DNA of 63,720 nt, filler included, from Asterionella formosa (GCA_002256025.1; 27 parts of 27 records of this genome joined end to end with filler, not necessarily neighbours in it); one strand, 5' to 3'; numbered from the whole stretch's first letter, positions 36,998-49,730 are shown. Translations and numbers: made by a program. Notes: a model not told the origin generated them from the sequence alone.

Positions 36998-37756
36998 ATG
37001 AATCTACTTTTACTTTTACTTTTCGCCTTGACCTTTCTAGGAAAGTCAATGTTGTCTTCGCCACGGTATGCCTACTCGAACTCCAAGTTCGGGGAACAAA
37101 ATGTGGCTTTTCAACAAGACTTTGCAGAGAGGCTTGGCATGATGCAATGGGTGCAGGAGTGCAGAAGTGCAACGCCCATTGAATCCATTATACTTTCCGA
37201 GAATTTCAGCTGGAAGACAAATGGAACAGAGTTGCTGCTTATTAGTGCTCTACCTGCTACCAGGAGCATTATCAAGAAAGCAGCAGCAGCAAGAACCACC
37301 ACCAACCAACCAAGTGAACTCCTTGTCTGGGAGGAGCATGCATTTGACTACTGGCGGTACTATGCCTACCGGTATGCATACTATGACAATGACAAGTGGC
37401 TCATGTTCCTTCGAGTCCACCACGATTGCATCAAATGTGTTGCTTTTCTTAACAGTATATGGAGTACTATCTTGGATTGGTGGTTACCAATTAACTACTA
37501 TCAGTATGACAAGTTGATCTTGTTCATTCAAACACCAACATTGACGGAAATACTGGATGCGTCACAGGACGGGTTGGCAGAAGTGTTGGGGGATGTGTCG
37601 GGGACCACGTTGTTGGTGCAATTGCTTGTGTATGTGTTTGTGTTTGTGTTCGTCTTGTCGGGGGTTTCGTTCTTGTCGCACTTGTTGGCATATGTGTCGG
37701 GGACCACGTTGTTGGTGCAAGTGTTGGAATACGTGTTTGTTTTTGTGTTCGTCTTG
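36998..37756 (+). CDS. Hypothetical secreted/membrane protein with a repeated hydrophobic unit, 3'-partial
   Basis: MNLLLLLLFALTFLG signal-like start; VSGTTLLVQ.L.YVFVFVFVL repeated twice (99-bp unit); upstream hexamer microsatellites. Confidence 0.4.
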
Positions 37757-37856
37757 NNNNNNNNNNNNNNNNNNNNNNNNNNNNNNNNNNNNNNNNNNNN
37801 TTAATTAATTAANNNNNNNNNNNNNNNNNNNNNNNNNNNNNNNNNNNNNNNNNNNN

Positions 37857-40120
37857 AGTAGTATAATTCTTTTGAGCAGCAGATAATTTGCGAGAATAAT
37901 AAGCAACTGGGAGATCATTTTGCAAAATGACTGACCCCAATTGATATTCAGAGGCATCACTAAAGATATGAAAAGGAAGATTATGATCAGGTTAACGCAT
38001 GAGTGTATCTGCAACCAACAACGCATTCATTTCTTCAAAAGCTTGTTGATGTATAGGTAACCAGACAAATGGGCTAGTTCCAATTAAATCTGTAAGTGCT
38101 CCAAGAACATGAAATCGTCTGGGAAACATGTCTCGATAGTATGTAACAGCACCAAAAAATGATCTGACTTGTTTAAGATTGGTAGGTGAAGGCATATTGA
38201 TCAATGCTTGGACCTTTTTAGACCAAGGTTTCAGTCCATTAGGAGTTAACCAATAGCCTAACCAATCTGTCTCTTGGACTGCCCATTCACACTTAGATGG
38301 ATTAATTGTAAAACCATTCGCCTGTAAACGATGTAAAATAGTGTCCAATAGATGAATGTGATCCGGAAAATTCATTGAAAAACAACCCACGTCATCAATA
38401 TAAATTTCTGCATCATCTAAATCACTAAGGATCTGTTCCATAGTTTCTGGTGCAATATCAGATGATTGTTTCACCCCCAAAGGAAGACGTTAATATTTAT
38501 ATAACCCACATGGAGTGGAAATAACACACAAATTTTGACTCTCCACATCTAATGCGAAATTATAGTATTGCATAGAAACATCCAATTTGGTGAAGAATAC
38601 ATATTATCCAGAACGTTTAGTTAGAATAGTTTGTATTAGAGGCAATGGATATATATTGCGATTGATTACTTTATTGAGTTCACGAAAATCTGATACCCAT
38701 CGGACACTTCCATCCTTTTTAGGAATAATAAAAGTGGGAGATGCCCATTTAGAAGCACCACATTTTTGGAGGACTCCAATATCACATAATCGTTGTAATT
38801 CCGTTTTGAAAACTTTTAAATGAATATGAGCGACCGGATATGCTCATTGATGACGAGGAACAGCATTTGATAATAATTCCAAATGTACCTGTTTATGAGG
38901 ATAGACTTTTAATGTTCCATCAAATAATGTTTGATATTTAACCAATATACTTCGCAAACATCACCGTTGCATTGTTGTTAAATGCATCTGTTTATTCACC
39001 ACTGTATCAATATTCACATAATTATATTCAGCAGCTTTAATTTCCAGCGCATATGAAGATTCCACAATCATAGGTGCATCAAAATATAATAATACATCAC
39101 GTAAACGTTCTGCATCATCAAAGAATGTGAGAGAATGCATAGGAACAGTCATATCCATACAGGATATGGTGTTATTTACGAAATCAATGGTTAAACCAAT
39201 TTGACAAAGGAAATCACGTCCTAAAATAGCATCAAATGTGCATAGACCATTAAAAACTTGACACTTTTGTTGTAAAATACGAGCAGATCGATTAAATTCA
39301 GGTAGAATCAGGTCATATAAAATAACACTGGCATGAGATGAATAAGTATCAGCTATGGTATGTATTAATTGGGAAGTCTCGTTAGACAAAGAAATACCTT
39401 GAGGCATAACTTGTTCATGTATTAAGGATAAGGATCCTCCACTATCAAATTATACTCGTAGTATTTTATGCATAGGCATAGCATCCACCAATTGTGGCGC
39501 TAAAAGAGACATCGGAATCAGATCAATTGACGTTAATATATCCTTAGAAGTAAAACAGGAAACCGGAATTGGGCCCTGATATGTATGTGGAACATCATGT
39601 CCATCAATGCATGTATATATGTCCCGCGTTACAGCAACAGCGGTATTCATAGTGTATTCAACAAAATAAACAATATTATCCAGGTGATGACCAACGTGAG
39701 ATATACTCAATGAGTCATTATAAATAGCATCGCGATTATCGCACACACCTCTGTAATGGCGATCAGCAATCTGCTGTTGTGTAGCAGGGACCAAAGTCAC
39801 TATCTGACCAGCAGGAGGGTTCGTGACCACTGAAATTTCCTGGGCAGATGTATTCTCCTCAGTAGGATCGGCACGTGGCATGGTACCCCAACAGGATGGA
39901 TGAGTATTACGACCCCATGTATTTAACATACGAGCATGTGGAACAGGTACAGGGTAAGCAGTGTCAGTATGGTAGCGTTCCGTAGGATTACTGTGTGAAC
40001 CGCCTCCACGACCACCAAAATGTCCTCATCTACCGAAACTGGAATGGCCACGTCCATTATGACGACCAGCCATGCGACCTGCTCGACCACCTTGAGTACG
40101 AGGATTCTGAAAACAATTGC
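37857..40120 (-). mobile_element. Ty3/gypsy gag tail-protease-RT, disrupted
   Basis: Protease FDSGGS (about 39440) and ILGRDFL; RT WASPTFI.PKK, SDFRELN, LPLG, YIDDV, LGYWLTP. PR-RT order; several stops. Confidence 0.95.
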
Positions 40121-40220
40121 NNNNNNNNNNNNNNNNNNNNNNNNNNNNNNNNNNNNNNNNNNNNTTAATTAATTAANNNNNNNNNNNNNNNNNNNNNNNN
40201 NNNNNNNNNNNNNNNNNNNN

Positions 40221-41810
40221 GCTTTCGTCAAACAAAACGGTGCACATGTATCACCGTCGGATTTAAATTTCCCGGAAGATTGGTGGCTCCCTAGTGATGA
40301 TGGTTTCTCTCATGCTGAACTCTGCAAAAGCTCCTGTATTGAGATCGTTGTACCAGGCATTATAAAGATTGCTAAGACGGGCGATGAGGCTGATTCCGAT
40401 GCGAATGTCGAACGCAACCCACATGATGCAGCAAAATCATCAAAACGAGAGAAGAATATCAAAAGTGCCGATCTTAGTTGCAAAAGCACCCATGGTGCGA
40501 CAGGATTACAAGGCAAAATGGCAAATGGGGCTGACTACGGAACGTCAGTCCGAATGAACCCAATCGATGCAGAACAATTGTCAAAACTTGGGAAGAATAT
40601 CAAAAATGCAGATCGCAATTACGAAAGCACCACAGTTGTGATGGGAGTACAAGGGAAAAAGGGGAAAGGGACCGATCCTAGCAAGACAGTCCAACTCAAG
40701 CCAAGTCAGGAAAAAATGTTGTCAAAGCATTGGAAGAATACAAAAAAAAAGGCAGTCCAACTCACGGAAAGGCAGCCAGCAAAGTTGTCAAAATATTGGA
40801 AGAATGTCAAAAATACTGTTCGCAATTATGAAGGCGCCCATGTTGAGATAGGAGTACAAGGCACAAAGGGGAAAGGGGCTGATCCCGGCAGGACAGTCCA
40901 ACTCAAGCTAAGTCATGGAGCAAACAAGTCGTTCAAACTTAGGACTCAGAGCACTGATTGTTATGGCACTGATATTGAGATAGCAGCACAAGGGAATAAA
41001 GGGGATGTGGTTGGTTCCGACCTCAGTCATGCAGCAAAATCGTCAACACTTGGGACAAAAATCAAAAATGGTGATCGCAATTGTGGATGCGCCAAAGTTG
41101 AAATAGGAGTACAAGACAAAAAAGGGGATGTGGCTGATTCCGGCAAGGGAAACCGACGCGACCCAAGTCATGCTGCAAAATCGTTCAAACTTGGGAAAAT
41201 TAGCGAAAGTATGGCAACCAATGATGCGAATCCTGTTTTGTTTGCTGCAGTAAAAGAAGAATCGCATGTGGATAGAAACTTCTCTCCAGTGGTTGTGGAT
41301 TATCTTCGCCGCTACAAGGCGATTATATCGGCTTATCTTTCCAGGCGGAAAGAAAGGTGGGTTGATCTCCTTGACAGAGCTCGTAAGGAGAATAGTGTTG
41401 CCATCACGACGAATAGCGAAGGAGAAGTTCAAGTCTTGTTGGCGAGGTGGCGTTACCGATGGTTCTCGTTTGTCAAGGATGAAAGAACTCGTCATGAAGA
41501 AAACTTGAGAGAAATTCAAGAGTTGTGGATGTGTGACGGCATAAAGGGAAAGTTTGGTCCGTTCGCACTTCAACGTGCCGTCTCCAAAATTCATCGGATT
41601 GAGGCCCGAAGACGTGAGCAATGGGATCTCCTCGAAAGTGGCATGGAAAAGGAAACCCGTGAATTCATTCATCAAGCGTGGGAGGTACAATTGATCGAAT
41701 GGGAAGGCTTTATTTCGGATGGAATTGAGGAAAGGTGGAACTTATTCTGCAGTGTCGAGGCAGCACTGCTTGAATTTCACCTAGAAAGCGTTGGTGCTGA
41801 TCTCAATTGA
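40221..41810 (+). CDS. Hypothetical protein with about 47-aa K/G-rich repeats and a W/E/R-rich helical C-terminal domain, 5'-partial
   Basis: Frame is open from the contig start; at least five imperfect repeats (AAKS.KLG..IKN.DRN......GVQG.KG..AD). Confidence 0.75.
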   Translation, partial: AFVKQNGAHVSPSDLNFPEDWWLPSDDGFSHAELCKSSCIEIVVPGIIKIAKTGDEADSDANVERNPHDAAKSSKREKNIKSADLSCKSTHGATGLQGKMANGADYGTSVRMNPIDAEQLSKLGKNIKNADRNYESTTVVMGVQGKKGKGTDPSKTVQLKPSQEKMLSKHWKNTKKKAVQLTERQPAKLSKYWKNVKNTVRNYEGAHVEIGVQGTKGKGADPGRTVQLKLSHGANKSFKLRTQSTDCYGTDIEIAAQGNKGDVVGSDLSHAAKSSTLGTKIKNGDRNCGCAKVEIGVQDKKGDVADSGKGNRRDPSHAAKSFKLGKISESMATNDANPVLFAAVKEESHVDRNFSPVVVDYLRRYKAIISAYLSRRKERWVDLLDRARKENSVAITTNSEGEVQVLLARWRYRWFSFVKDERTRHEENLREIQELWMCDGIKGKFGPFALQRAVSKIHRIEARRREQWDLLESGMEKETREFIHQAWEVQLIEWEGFISDGIEERWNLFCSVEAALLEFHLESVGADLN

Positions 41811-42073
41811 ATATTTATGCCAGTTTTATACTATAACATCTATTAGTTACTCTAAATATGTTGATAGATAATAAACCCATTCAAAAAAGCATAGAATCAG
41901 ATTACACTTTTGATGTCGGTGTAGAAAGGCAAAGGGCGTAGATATCATCTCGTTGGACGATCGCAATCTTCATGGGAACATCTTGGTTGGGATTAAATTA
42001 AGAAGTGGAGAGTAAATTGCATAAATATCCGTCGACTGCTGGCTCGGAAACACATCGTTCTAAGGATAGTAGT

Positions 42074-42483
42074 TCAGAGAATTATCTCTCCATTCAAAAC
42101 TTGACTCTTTCCCTCAACCGAAAAACGATGCTTACCCCCATGATGTGACTGCGAGAGAGCTGGATAGCATTGTTCACAAAGATCATAGTCAAAGCATTGG
42201 ATACATTTTCGAATTCTTCCAAGGATCTTATCAGCACATCCGTCGCAATGAGCAATCTCGTTGTATGTCGCTTCAGTGACATCGAACCCCGACGTGGCTC
42301 CAGGGAACAGCAAGATCCTGTCTGGTGGAATTTCGATGGATTCCCAGTCCTCAATGTTGTGAGCTTTATCGTCCTCCCTTAGATTTGCTAGCAGTCGACC
42401 ATCTATATCTTTACGTTTTTGTGTCGAGGGGTACATTTCCTTTGCTAGCGCCCTTGTCACGTCGTCACAGAACCCAAGTAAAT
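42074..42483 (-). CDS. ZZ-type zinc-finger protein, 3' fragment
   Basis: CDGC...RKCIQCFDYDLCEQCY...H...H is the canonical ZZ pattern. Confidence 0.88.
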
Positions 42484-42583
42484 NNNNNNNNNNNNNNNNN
42501 NNNNNNNNNNNNNNNNNNNNNNNNNNNTTAATTAATTAANNNNNNNNNNNNNNNNNNNNNNNNNNNNNNNNNNNNNNNNNNNN

Positions 42584-43400
42584 GTCACTCAAGACTGCAA
42601 TGTTATATGTTGAGGATGCAGATGCCCAGCTAGCAATTGCCCACATACACAACAATCATTTAAACAAAGTGCGTACATTCAAGTCTATATTTGTCAAGGT
42701 GACTACAGCTACACTAGTATTAAACCTACCATCGGTGGTTTTTCAGTGCGAAATTTCGGAGCTTTCTACAAGGTATGTACATGATCGATTGAATGTCCCA
42801 AGGTCACACCCAAGCTCCTTCAGTCCTGCGCACATCTGTACCCTTGCTATGAGCTACGTACGGCCGCAGAATGCCAATGAACAGCTCGAGTTATTTTTGA
42901 ACGAGCTAGCTACCCCTCGTGCAGAAAAATTACGCAGCCTGATCAACATTGTGGTACATGCACGAGTTATGAAGAATGAAGAAAATCGGATGTATTCTAA
43001 TGCTATTGCTGCTACTACAAGTTATCAAGATTCAACAAAGGAAAATGGTTCTACTAACACAGTTTATGCAATTGGAATAACGGATGCTGCTACCATCCCC
43101 ACAGCACCAAAGAAAAACCGGAAAAGTGGGTCCATAGAATTTGACGAGATTTTTGAGGTTGCAAAAACGAAAAATTCTCATGAGAAGCTTGAGTTGATCT
43201 TGAATCTTGCAAGAAAAATGGAGCGTCTCCTCCACTCAGATGTCACTGAAAGGATGCGACTCTTTGATGTAAAATTCATCAAGCCGATCATCGCATGCTT
43301 CCTGAATCATTGCGACAGCAACAAAGACACTTTCCACAGTCTCCATCCCCAGTTCCTCCACTCAAAATTCTCCAAAGGTTGCGGATGTAGCAAAGGTTGA
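42584..43400 (+). CDS. Hypothetical protein, probably a 3' fragment (possibly TE-derived)
   Basis: 266-aa ORF starting close to the contig edge; C-terminal C...HC...H...C.C cluster; no family recognised. Confidence 0.5.
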
Positions 43401-44545
43401 TTGTAGAGTAAATTGGTTAGTAAAACAAAAGAAATTGCATGTTAGCGATAGCAAGAACCAGTGACCGCTTTCAATCATCACATTTGGTGAGTTTGCTGTT
43501 TATTTGCATTTCTGTGTGGTGATGTGCAAGATGCAACGTTGGAGATGAATATTGAAAAGGTGCACATGCGCAACAATAATATTTCAAAATGACTTCGTGA
43601 CGTCATGTCGCCGCTGCACCACATTGCACCACCATAGACCTACTGGTACTACCGGTAATTGGACTTGCGCTTTTTCACGTGTATCATCTCGACTCCGCCT
43701 CCTCTCAGCATGCCTGCTGGCTGCCGCCTTTACAAGAAGGCAGAAGGAGCAACAACCAACTGGATGAGTTCTTTTGTACAAACTGCGCGCACTTTCTATG
43801 CTTCCTGGTACCGGTTGACTTATTAACTACCGTTGGCACAAGATGAAAGGTAAATTGTACAGCCGTCGTATGTATGGGGCATTGCCTCCACTTTACTGCC
43901 AGCTTTCATCAGAACTTTGAACTGCAGAATGAGTTTTGGTTGGTCTAACAGGAAAGCCCGATCCCCAAAATGAAGTTAGTTAATTACCGGTACTTCTGAA
44001 CGAAACAAAATGATGTATAGTAAATTATTGGTATGACGAATGAACTCCAAGAATGCTGGCTGTATGATCTCTATGGATGGTTCTGCAGGAAATTAAATTG
44101 TTCTACATAAGTTTACTGTGGCACATTACAGGGAGGACTTTTAGCCGACAAAGGCTTGGAAGGTCATTCTTATTTATCATGATAGTGCCGACCTTTTGAG
44201 ATCTACTGGAACTTGGGGATTACAATCTTCTTCCAGTGTATCGTATTTCCTCAAATTGTTACGCACTGCAAATAGCAATTTGCGTATACCCGCATACCGC
44301 ACTTCTTATCTATACACCCATGTGTTTTGGGTGTAAATAATAAAGACAGTCTCACACTCGGATTATCTACCGGTAATTGTAGTTACCGGTAGTTCCACTT
44401 GGTACAGGGAGTACGGTACACCGTACCACATTCTCAATTCACCCATTGTTTTCGACAATCCGAGAAGTGAAGGTCGTCAAAATTGTTCTCTCACAATTTT
44501 CTATTTCTTCGTTAAGAAACGGAAAACGAAAACAACACAATCAAG

Positions 44546-44846
44546 ATGTCTGAAGTTGATACAGGAGCTGTAAGTCATTGATTGGAGACCTCTGAAGCTA
44601 CTGATCCTTCGGCAGGCAATTTAAATTGTGGTATGGGGTTTGATGTGTTTCTAGTGATAATTCAACTCACACCGTTTCCCTGTTTCCGACACCTTGATTG
44701 CACGTTACAGCCTATGGAATTGAAGAAGTACCAAACCTACAAATGCAAGGTCGACCCTGACCAAGATGACAAGGCCACCGAGATCAAGCTGTGCAACTTC
44801 TCCAGACCTCACATGCGAGCGTTCCATTGGAACTGGTTTTCGTTCT
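44546..44846 (+). CDS. NRT2: High-affinity nitrate transporter NRT2, 5' fragment (exon 1 44546-44569, intron 44570-44710)
   Basis: VDPDQDDKATEIKLCNFSRPHMRAFH..W..F is the diatom NRT2 N-terminus. A phase-0 GTAAGT...TTACAG intron joins MSEVDTGA in frame. Confidence 0.92.
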
Positions 44847-44946
44847 NNNNNNNNNNNNNNNNNNNNNNNNNNNNNNNNNNNNNNNNNNNNTTAATTAATT
44901 AANNNNNNNNNNNNNNNNNNNNNNNNNNNNNNNNNNNNNNNNNNNN

Positions 44947-46554
44947 CTTCGCTTTCAGGACGGTCATCAAAATGACTTTGAGATTTTCGACATTCAAGGG
45001 TACGTTGAGGAATTATGGGATCTCTGGTTGAACAACCCGAAGAACAAGGATTTCGCCGATCTTTTTTTGCGCGTTGGAGAGTTCGGACAAGAAGAATTGA
45101 TTAAGCACGTTATGGAGCCGTTCGATTTGATGCGAGATGTTCGTTCCAACAGCAGTGGGCAATGGGATTTGAAAGACGTGGGCTTGTCTGTGTATACTTA
45201 TCTTTCTGTGTTGGGTTCGGGCTTTACAGATGCATTTTTAATCTTCGTTCTGCAAGTGTCAATGCCATCTATTCTATACATCTTCTACATAAATGCAGCT
45301 AGACAAGGTGGCGGAGAAGTATCATTGATTGCGGGGACTCGTGTGATGCTTTTTTTTACTTTGCTGTATTACCTATTTAAAACAACGCGAGACTTGGATT
45401 ATAACTTTCGACGCATTATTTGCGGGTCTGATTCAGCTTACTCCCGTATTTTAAACATACGCAAACGAATTTGGGAAGATGGCAACGATAATTTCCCGCA
45501 AAGCATTGGCTATGTCTTTGATTTGTTTATGAACACCGGATATGTATGCGTGTTATACATCTACAACATGTATATCCTTTTCAATACTACTGATGCCTTC
45601 AATATTCTTAGCAGCGTCGTCGTTTTCGAGCTGCTCCTAAATCTCGATGAAGAAATCGCAGCATCAACTTGGTGGGATGACGGTGGCCGCTGGATGAAGG
45701 CCGGAATCATTGAGATGATTCTGCAGCAGACAATTCGAAGGGAGTATAACCACTCGTGGGACCAATATTTTTCCCATTTCTCGCAATCACTGACAAAAGC
45801 CCAACGGCAACAAGTGCAAGAGCGATTCGTATCTGCCGGCTTCACAGAAATTACATTTCTCGTCGGAAGTGAAAGCCATGATACCATCACTCTTCTCACA
45901 ATCGGTGAGCGTATTGAACAGAAGCGTTGGCGGGAAGCTGAGGAGGAGGGCATCGCGGACAGTTCACAGCTCGAGAAGCAAGACGTTTACTTTGGTGGAC
46001 TACTTACATACGGCATCGCTGCAGTGTTCCAGAAGCATCAGAACTACCGTGCATGGCTACAATGGGAACAGTTATTGTTTCTTTTCCCCGTTCCTACGTT
46101 GGTACCAGATAATTTCGATGCTGGAAGCAAACTCGAACTTAATCCGGAATTAAGCGGTAGGCGGGTGATAGCCATGAAAGCACGGCCTACCAAATCAAGC
46201 AGCCAGAAATTCTGGGGTAAAGTTGCTGACGTTCTGACGTTGAAGGAAACAAAGAGATCGTTCAAGATTGTAGGAAATCTGGAGAGGAGGTAAGTTGCTT
46301 GGCCTGATAATTGTGAAGAATGCTCCAAGGTTTCATCTCAGTGAGCACTTTCTCTCTTGCGTTGATTTAGCTATCGGGGAAAGGCAATCGCCACCAGAGT
46401 TTTGCATGGGATCCTTTCTTGGAACGCGTTTTCTGTGCAGTTGCTTTTTCCCTTCATTACGTTCATACTAGTGTTTTCGGTATGGACGAAAACTTACTGC
46501 AAGCTGCATTTTGGATTTCTTAATTTGACTGGTTGTGAAGATGTCAACTGGTAG
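44947..46554 (+). CDS. Multi-pass membrane protein of unknown function, 5'-partial (intron 46290-46370)
   Basis: Long ORF with about four hydrophobic segments. A GTAAGT...TTTAG 81-nt intron restores the frame to a last exon with another TM segment, stop at 46554. Confidence 0.78.
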
Positions 46555-46569
46555 ATAGCATCGACCAGA

Positions 46570-47208
46570 TCAAGATAATAAATTGAGAGGGCTTTCCTGG
46601 CATCCAGCACCTATCGATCTCCACTCATCCAACCTTGCCTTTAAAGTCCTTGCCCGCATATGGTGTATACCACCATTGCCATCTAATTCTTCATATAATA
46701 CAAGATCTACATTTAGTTTGCTCAGATAGGGTAGGCACATGTCATGTTGAGCCATTTGAATAAGTAGTCGCAGACAGCAGTCTTCAAGGGAATTTGGCGT
46801 CCACCGTTCAAGGCCGTTGGGAGTTGTATGTAGTAGATCAATGGCGTGCTCGGGAATCGCCGTCATGCAAATTCGGATCGCCTGTGTCAACCCGACCGCA
46901 ATATTGATCAAAACGCCCAAAGTATACTTCAGTGCTTCACTTTCGACAGACTTTCTGTCGTTGACAGAGTAGGCGATTGGAGCATATACAGATACCAACG
47001 TAGCCATGGTGTCAAGGAATTGAGGCGTACTCATGAAATCCAATGTTTCGTCAAAACTCAAATTCAGCATAATTAGGCAGCATAGATGAGTCTCTTTGTC
47101 GTTGCATTGAATAAGCTGCAGTAATGCGGGTAAGAGTCGCTCGTGGGTTGCTAACGTGTATTTATTTTCGGTGGGAAGCGAGAGATTGTTCAGCATCAAA
47201 CATGCCGA
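46570..47208 (-). CDS. Armadillo-repeat-like protein, 3' fragment
   Basis: LNNLS....NK, LLPALLQLI, MLNLS and LINIA are ARM-type helices. Confidence 0.72.
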   Translation of the reverse strand, partial: SACLMLNNLSLPTENKYTLATHERLLPALLQLIQCNDKETHLCCLIMLNLSFDETLDFMSTPQFLDTMATLVSVYAPIAYSVNDRKSVESEALKYTLGVLINIAVGLTQAIRICMTAIPEHAIDLLHTTPNGLERWTPNSLEDCCLRLLIQMAQHDMCLPYLSKLNVDLVLYEELDGNGGIHHMRARTLKARLDEWRSIGAGCQESPLNLLS

Positions 47209-47308
47209 NNNNNNNNNNNNNNNNNNNNNNNNNNNNNNNNNNNNNNNNNNNNTTAATTAATTAANNNNNNNNNNNNNNNNNNNNNNNNNNNNNNNNNNNN
47301 NNNNNNNN

Positions 47309-47430
47309 AACTATCTTGAAGAAGCCAGGGAACTATTTAAATTAGAGGGAAAAGGAAGGAAAATGGGTAGAGAATTCCTGTTCGAAGGGTGTTGGCGAAT
47401 TTTGAAGGATGCCCCAAAGTGGAAGGGTGG
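47309..47430 (+). pseudogene. PIF/Harbinger Myb/SANT-like (NAM-associated) ORF fragment
   Basis: Not in the ORF track. Translates NYLEEARELFKLEGKGRKMGREFLFEGCWRILKDAPKW, matching the F.F..CW..LK..PKW motif of PIF accessory proteins. Confidence 0.8.
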
Positions 47431-47439
47431 GTGTGCATA

Positions 47440-48293
47440 TGCCAATTTGGGTAGATTCCGTCAACCAAATAATACCCCAGATTGTGTTGTTGGTTGTTGA
47501 TGGCAAACTGTACTTTTGGAGTCCTTCCAGCTGACAAATCATGGAAAAACGGTGAACGATCCAAAATATTAAGATCATTGTTTGCCCCGGGCATTCCAAA
47601 CCATGCATGCCAGAACCAAAGTCTACAATCAACCGCAGCTTCCAAAGCAATTGTCGCCACTCCTTCTTTTCCTTGATATGCTCCTCTGTGTGCTTTGGGA
47701 CAGTTTTTCCACTCCCAATGCATGACATCCAATGAACCAAGAAGACCCGGCCAACCCTTTCCTTCATGCAAACGTAGAATCATCTCAAGGTCCTCTTTGG
47801 TCGGAGCTCTAAGATACTCTTTCCCATACCTGTTGATTATTGCGTTACAGAAGTGTTGCAAGTTGTTGAGTGTTGTTGACTCTGACATCCTTGTTAAATC
47901 ATCCAACTGATCAGCCGATGTTCCATAGGCTAACATGCGAAGCGCCGAGGTAAGTTTTTGGTGTGGCGAAAATCCCAGTAAACCCAAGGCATCCTTCTTC
48001 TGAGAAAAGTAAGAATCCGAAGAAACCAAATCATCAAGAATCTTCTCAAACAACGAACGTCTCATCCGGAAGCGCCTCCTGAACATTGCTGACGAGTAAA
48101 TCGGATTTTCACCGAAATAATCCTTTTTCAAAAGCTTGTCATAGTCTGTCCGAAAACGATTGAGATTGGATGCCTTTCCCACCTTTGATCCTCCTCCCTT
48201 GTTTCTTTCTTGCTTGGCATTCTCGCGTTGCTTCCGCATATCGCGGAAGTGGAAGAAGCGATCGTCATCTGACGAGTCGCTATCATTGCTCAT
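47440..48293 (-). pseudogene. PIF/Harbinger DDE transposase, C-terminally truncated
   Basis: FRRRFRM, ALRMLAYG, GSLDVMHWEWKNCP, FGMPGANNDLN and YYLVDGIYPNW; similarity is lost right after the third Asp. Confidence 0.95.
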
Positions 48294-48657
48294 TTTCGCT
48301 GTGTCGAAACAAAAGTCATATTTATTGGTAATAATAAAGAAGCCACAATTCTCTACGAACAATATTCAAGTACATAGTTGTAATATTTTTTGATGGGCAG
48401 TACCAGATAGTACCGGTAGAAGTATTGCTAGCTGTTTAAGAATAAGGTATGTATGCGGCTACTTCATGAATTAAAAGCGATACACACGAAACTACAGTCT
48501 ACCTTTATTTCTATTGGCTAATAATTTAGGCGCGAGATTTGACTAATATAAGATTTGGTCGATGCGGTGGGAAAAAAAAGAAAAATTCGACTATTGATAA
48601 AAAATTTCTCGACCAAGTGACGTGTATTGATATTTTCAACTGCAATTGGCTTTGGTA

Positions 48658-48685
48658 TTTGGTCGATGCGGTGGAGATGCTCTTA
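48658..48685 (-). repeat. PIF/Tourist-type TIR with TAA target
   Basis: Minus strand TAA|GAGCATCTCCA (48682-48672); subterminal TTTGGTCGATGCGGTGG repeated at 48554 and 48658. Confidence 0.85.
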
Positions 48686-48709
48686 GTGTACCAGTCAAAA
48701 ACTGCTTAA

Positions 48710-48870
48710 GACCACTATATTACCCCGTTTTTGGACTAAAATTAGAAAAATGTTCAGCCGACCCCAAGTAATGCATGCAAGTACTAGATAAATGAATCAT
48801 TTTAACAATTGGAAGGATATATCTTGCGATATCGAACTTTTTAAGTCGTTCATTTAGCATTTTAGTGGTC
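48710..48870. mobile_element. 161-bp MITE, TIR GACCACTA, flanked by TTAA
   Basis: TTAA|GACCACTA...TAGTGGTC|TTAA; second copy in opposite orientation at 50929-51114; one matching end at about 9283-9294. Confidence 0.75.
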
Positions 48871-48924
48871 TTAAGCCATTCATATATTTTTCATCATGTA
48901 TATATATTTTTTAATGTGTCAACT

Positions 48925-49553
48925 GACGTCGATTTTCTTCTTTCACCACGACTTCATCCTCGTTGTCCCCTTCAGCTGAGGCTGCTGGTGGTGGTATGGC
49001 TCCGGCAACTGGGACTGGTGCATCGCCATGTCCCATTGTATCAATATATATGGTAAGTAAGAAGCATTAGATGTTTTGTTGCAGGTAATGGCGCATCGCC
49101 AACTTGTTTGTACCAAGTCACTATTGTTTTTGTTTGCGCCACCGTCCATTCGTGTTCCTGTTTGTTGAGCGCTCTGATCGCTTGCACCTTGTTCAATATT
49201 GCTGTGTAGTTCATAACTTTCTTATTCGTTTTCTCACTATCCTTCTCCTCTGCTCTTCTTTTCATCCTAGTCATATCGTCCAGAGCTTCCAGCCGCCACA
49301 TAAAGTCCTGCTGTATACCTTCTATTTTGCGCGATTGGCAAGAGCGCCGATTCCTCTTGTTGGCGAGCCATCTGATCAAGATTGATGTCATTCCTTGAAT
49401 CCTCTTTGTTCCTGAATTCAATAACTTTGTCAAGAAGGGTGCGGGTGATACCTTCCTTTAGATTCAGTCCTGCTGGTGTGATGGTCGAGATAGCGGCATT
49501 CAATTCTGTCTGGGTTGCTGAAACTGCTGTCAGTTGTATTTCATCATGAAGAA
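48925..49553 (-). pseudogene. Multi-copy transposase-like C-terminal remnant (pogo-like), copy 2
   Basis: Highly similar to 24843-25520. Confidence 0.6.
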
Positions 49554-49730
49554 GTGTGTTGTAGTTCGTTNNNNNNNNNNNNNNNNNNNNNNNNNNNNNN
49601 NNNNNNNNNNNNNNTTAATTAATTAANNNNNNNNNNNNNNNNNNNNNNNNNNNNNNNNNNNNNNNNNNNNATATTATAGAATTACGTGAACAAAAATTTA
49701 AGGCAATGTGAACTGAATTACAGAATTAAT

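Noticed and set aside
41043..41690. Long antisense ORFs (also 17165-18143, 28716-29351, 55839-56438)
   Set aside because: Shadows of real coding sequence on the opposite strand.
42600..43400. Fanzor/TnpB candidate because of C-terminal Cys residues
   Set aside because: No RuvC D-E-D motifs or CxxC...CxxC zinc ribbon recognisable.
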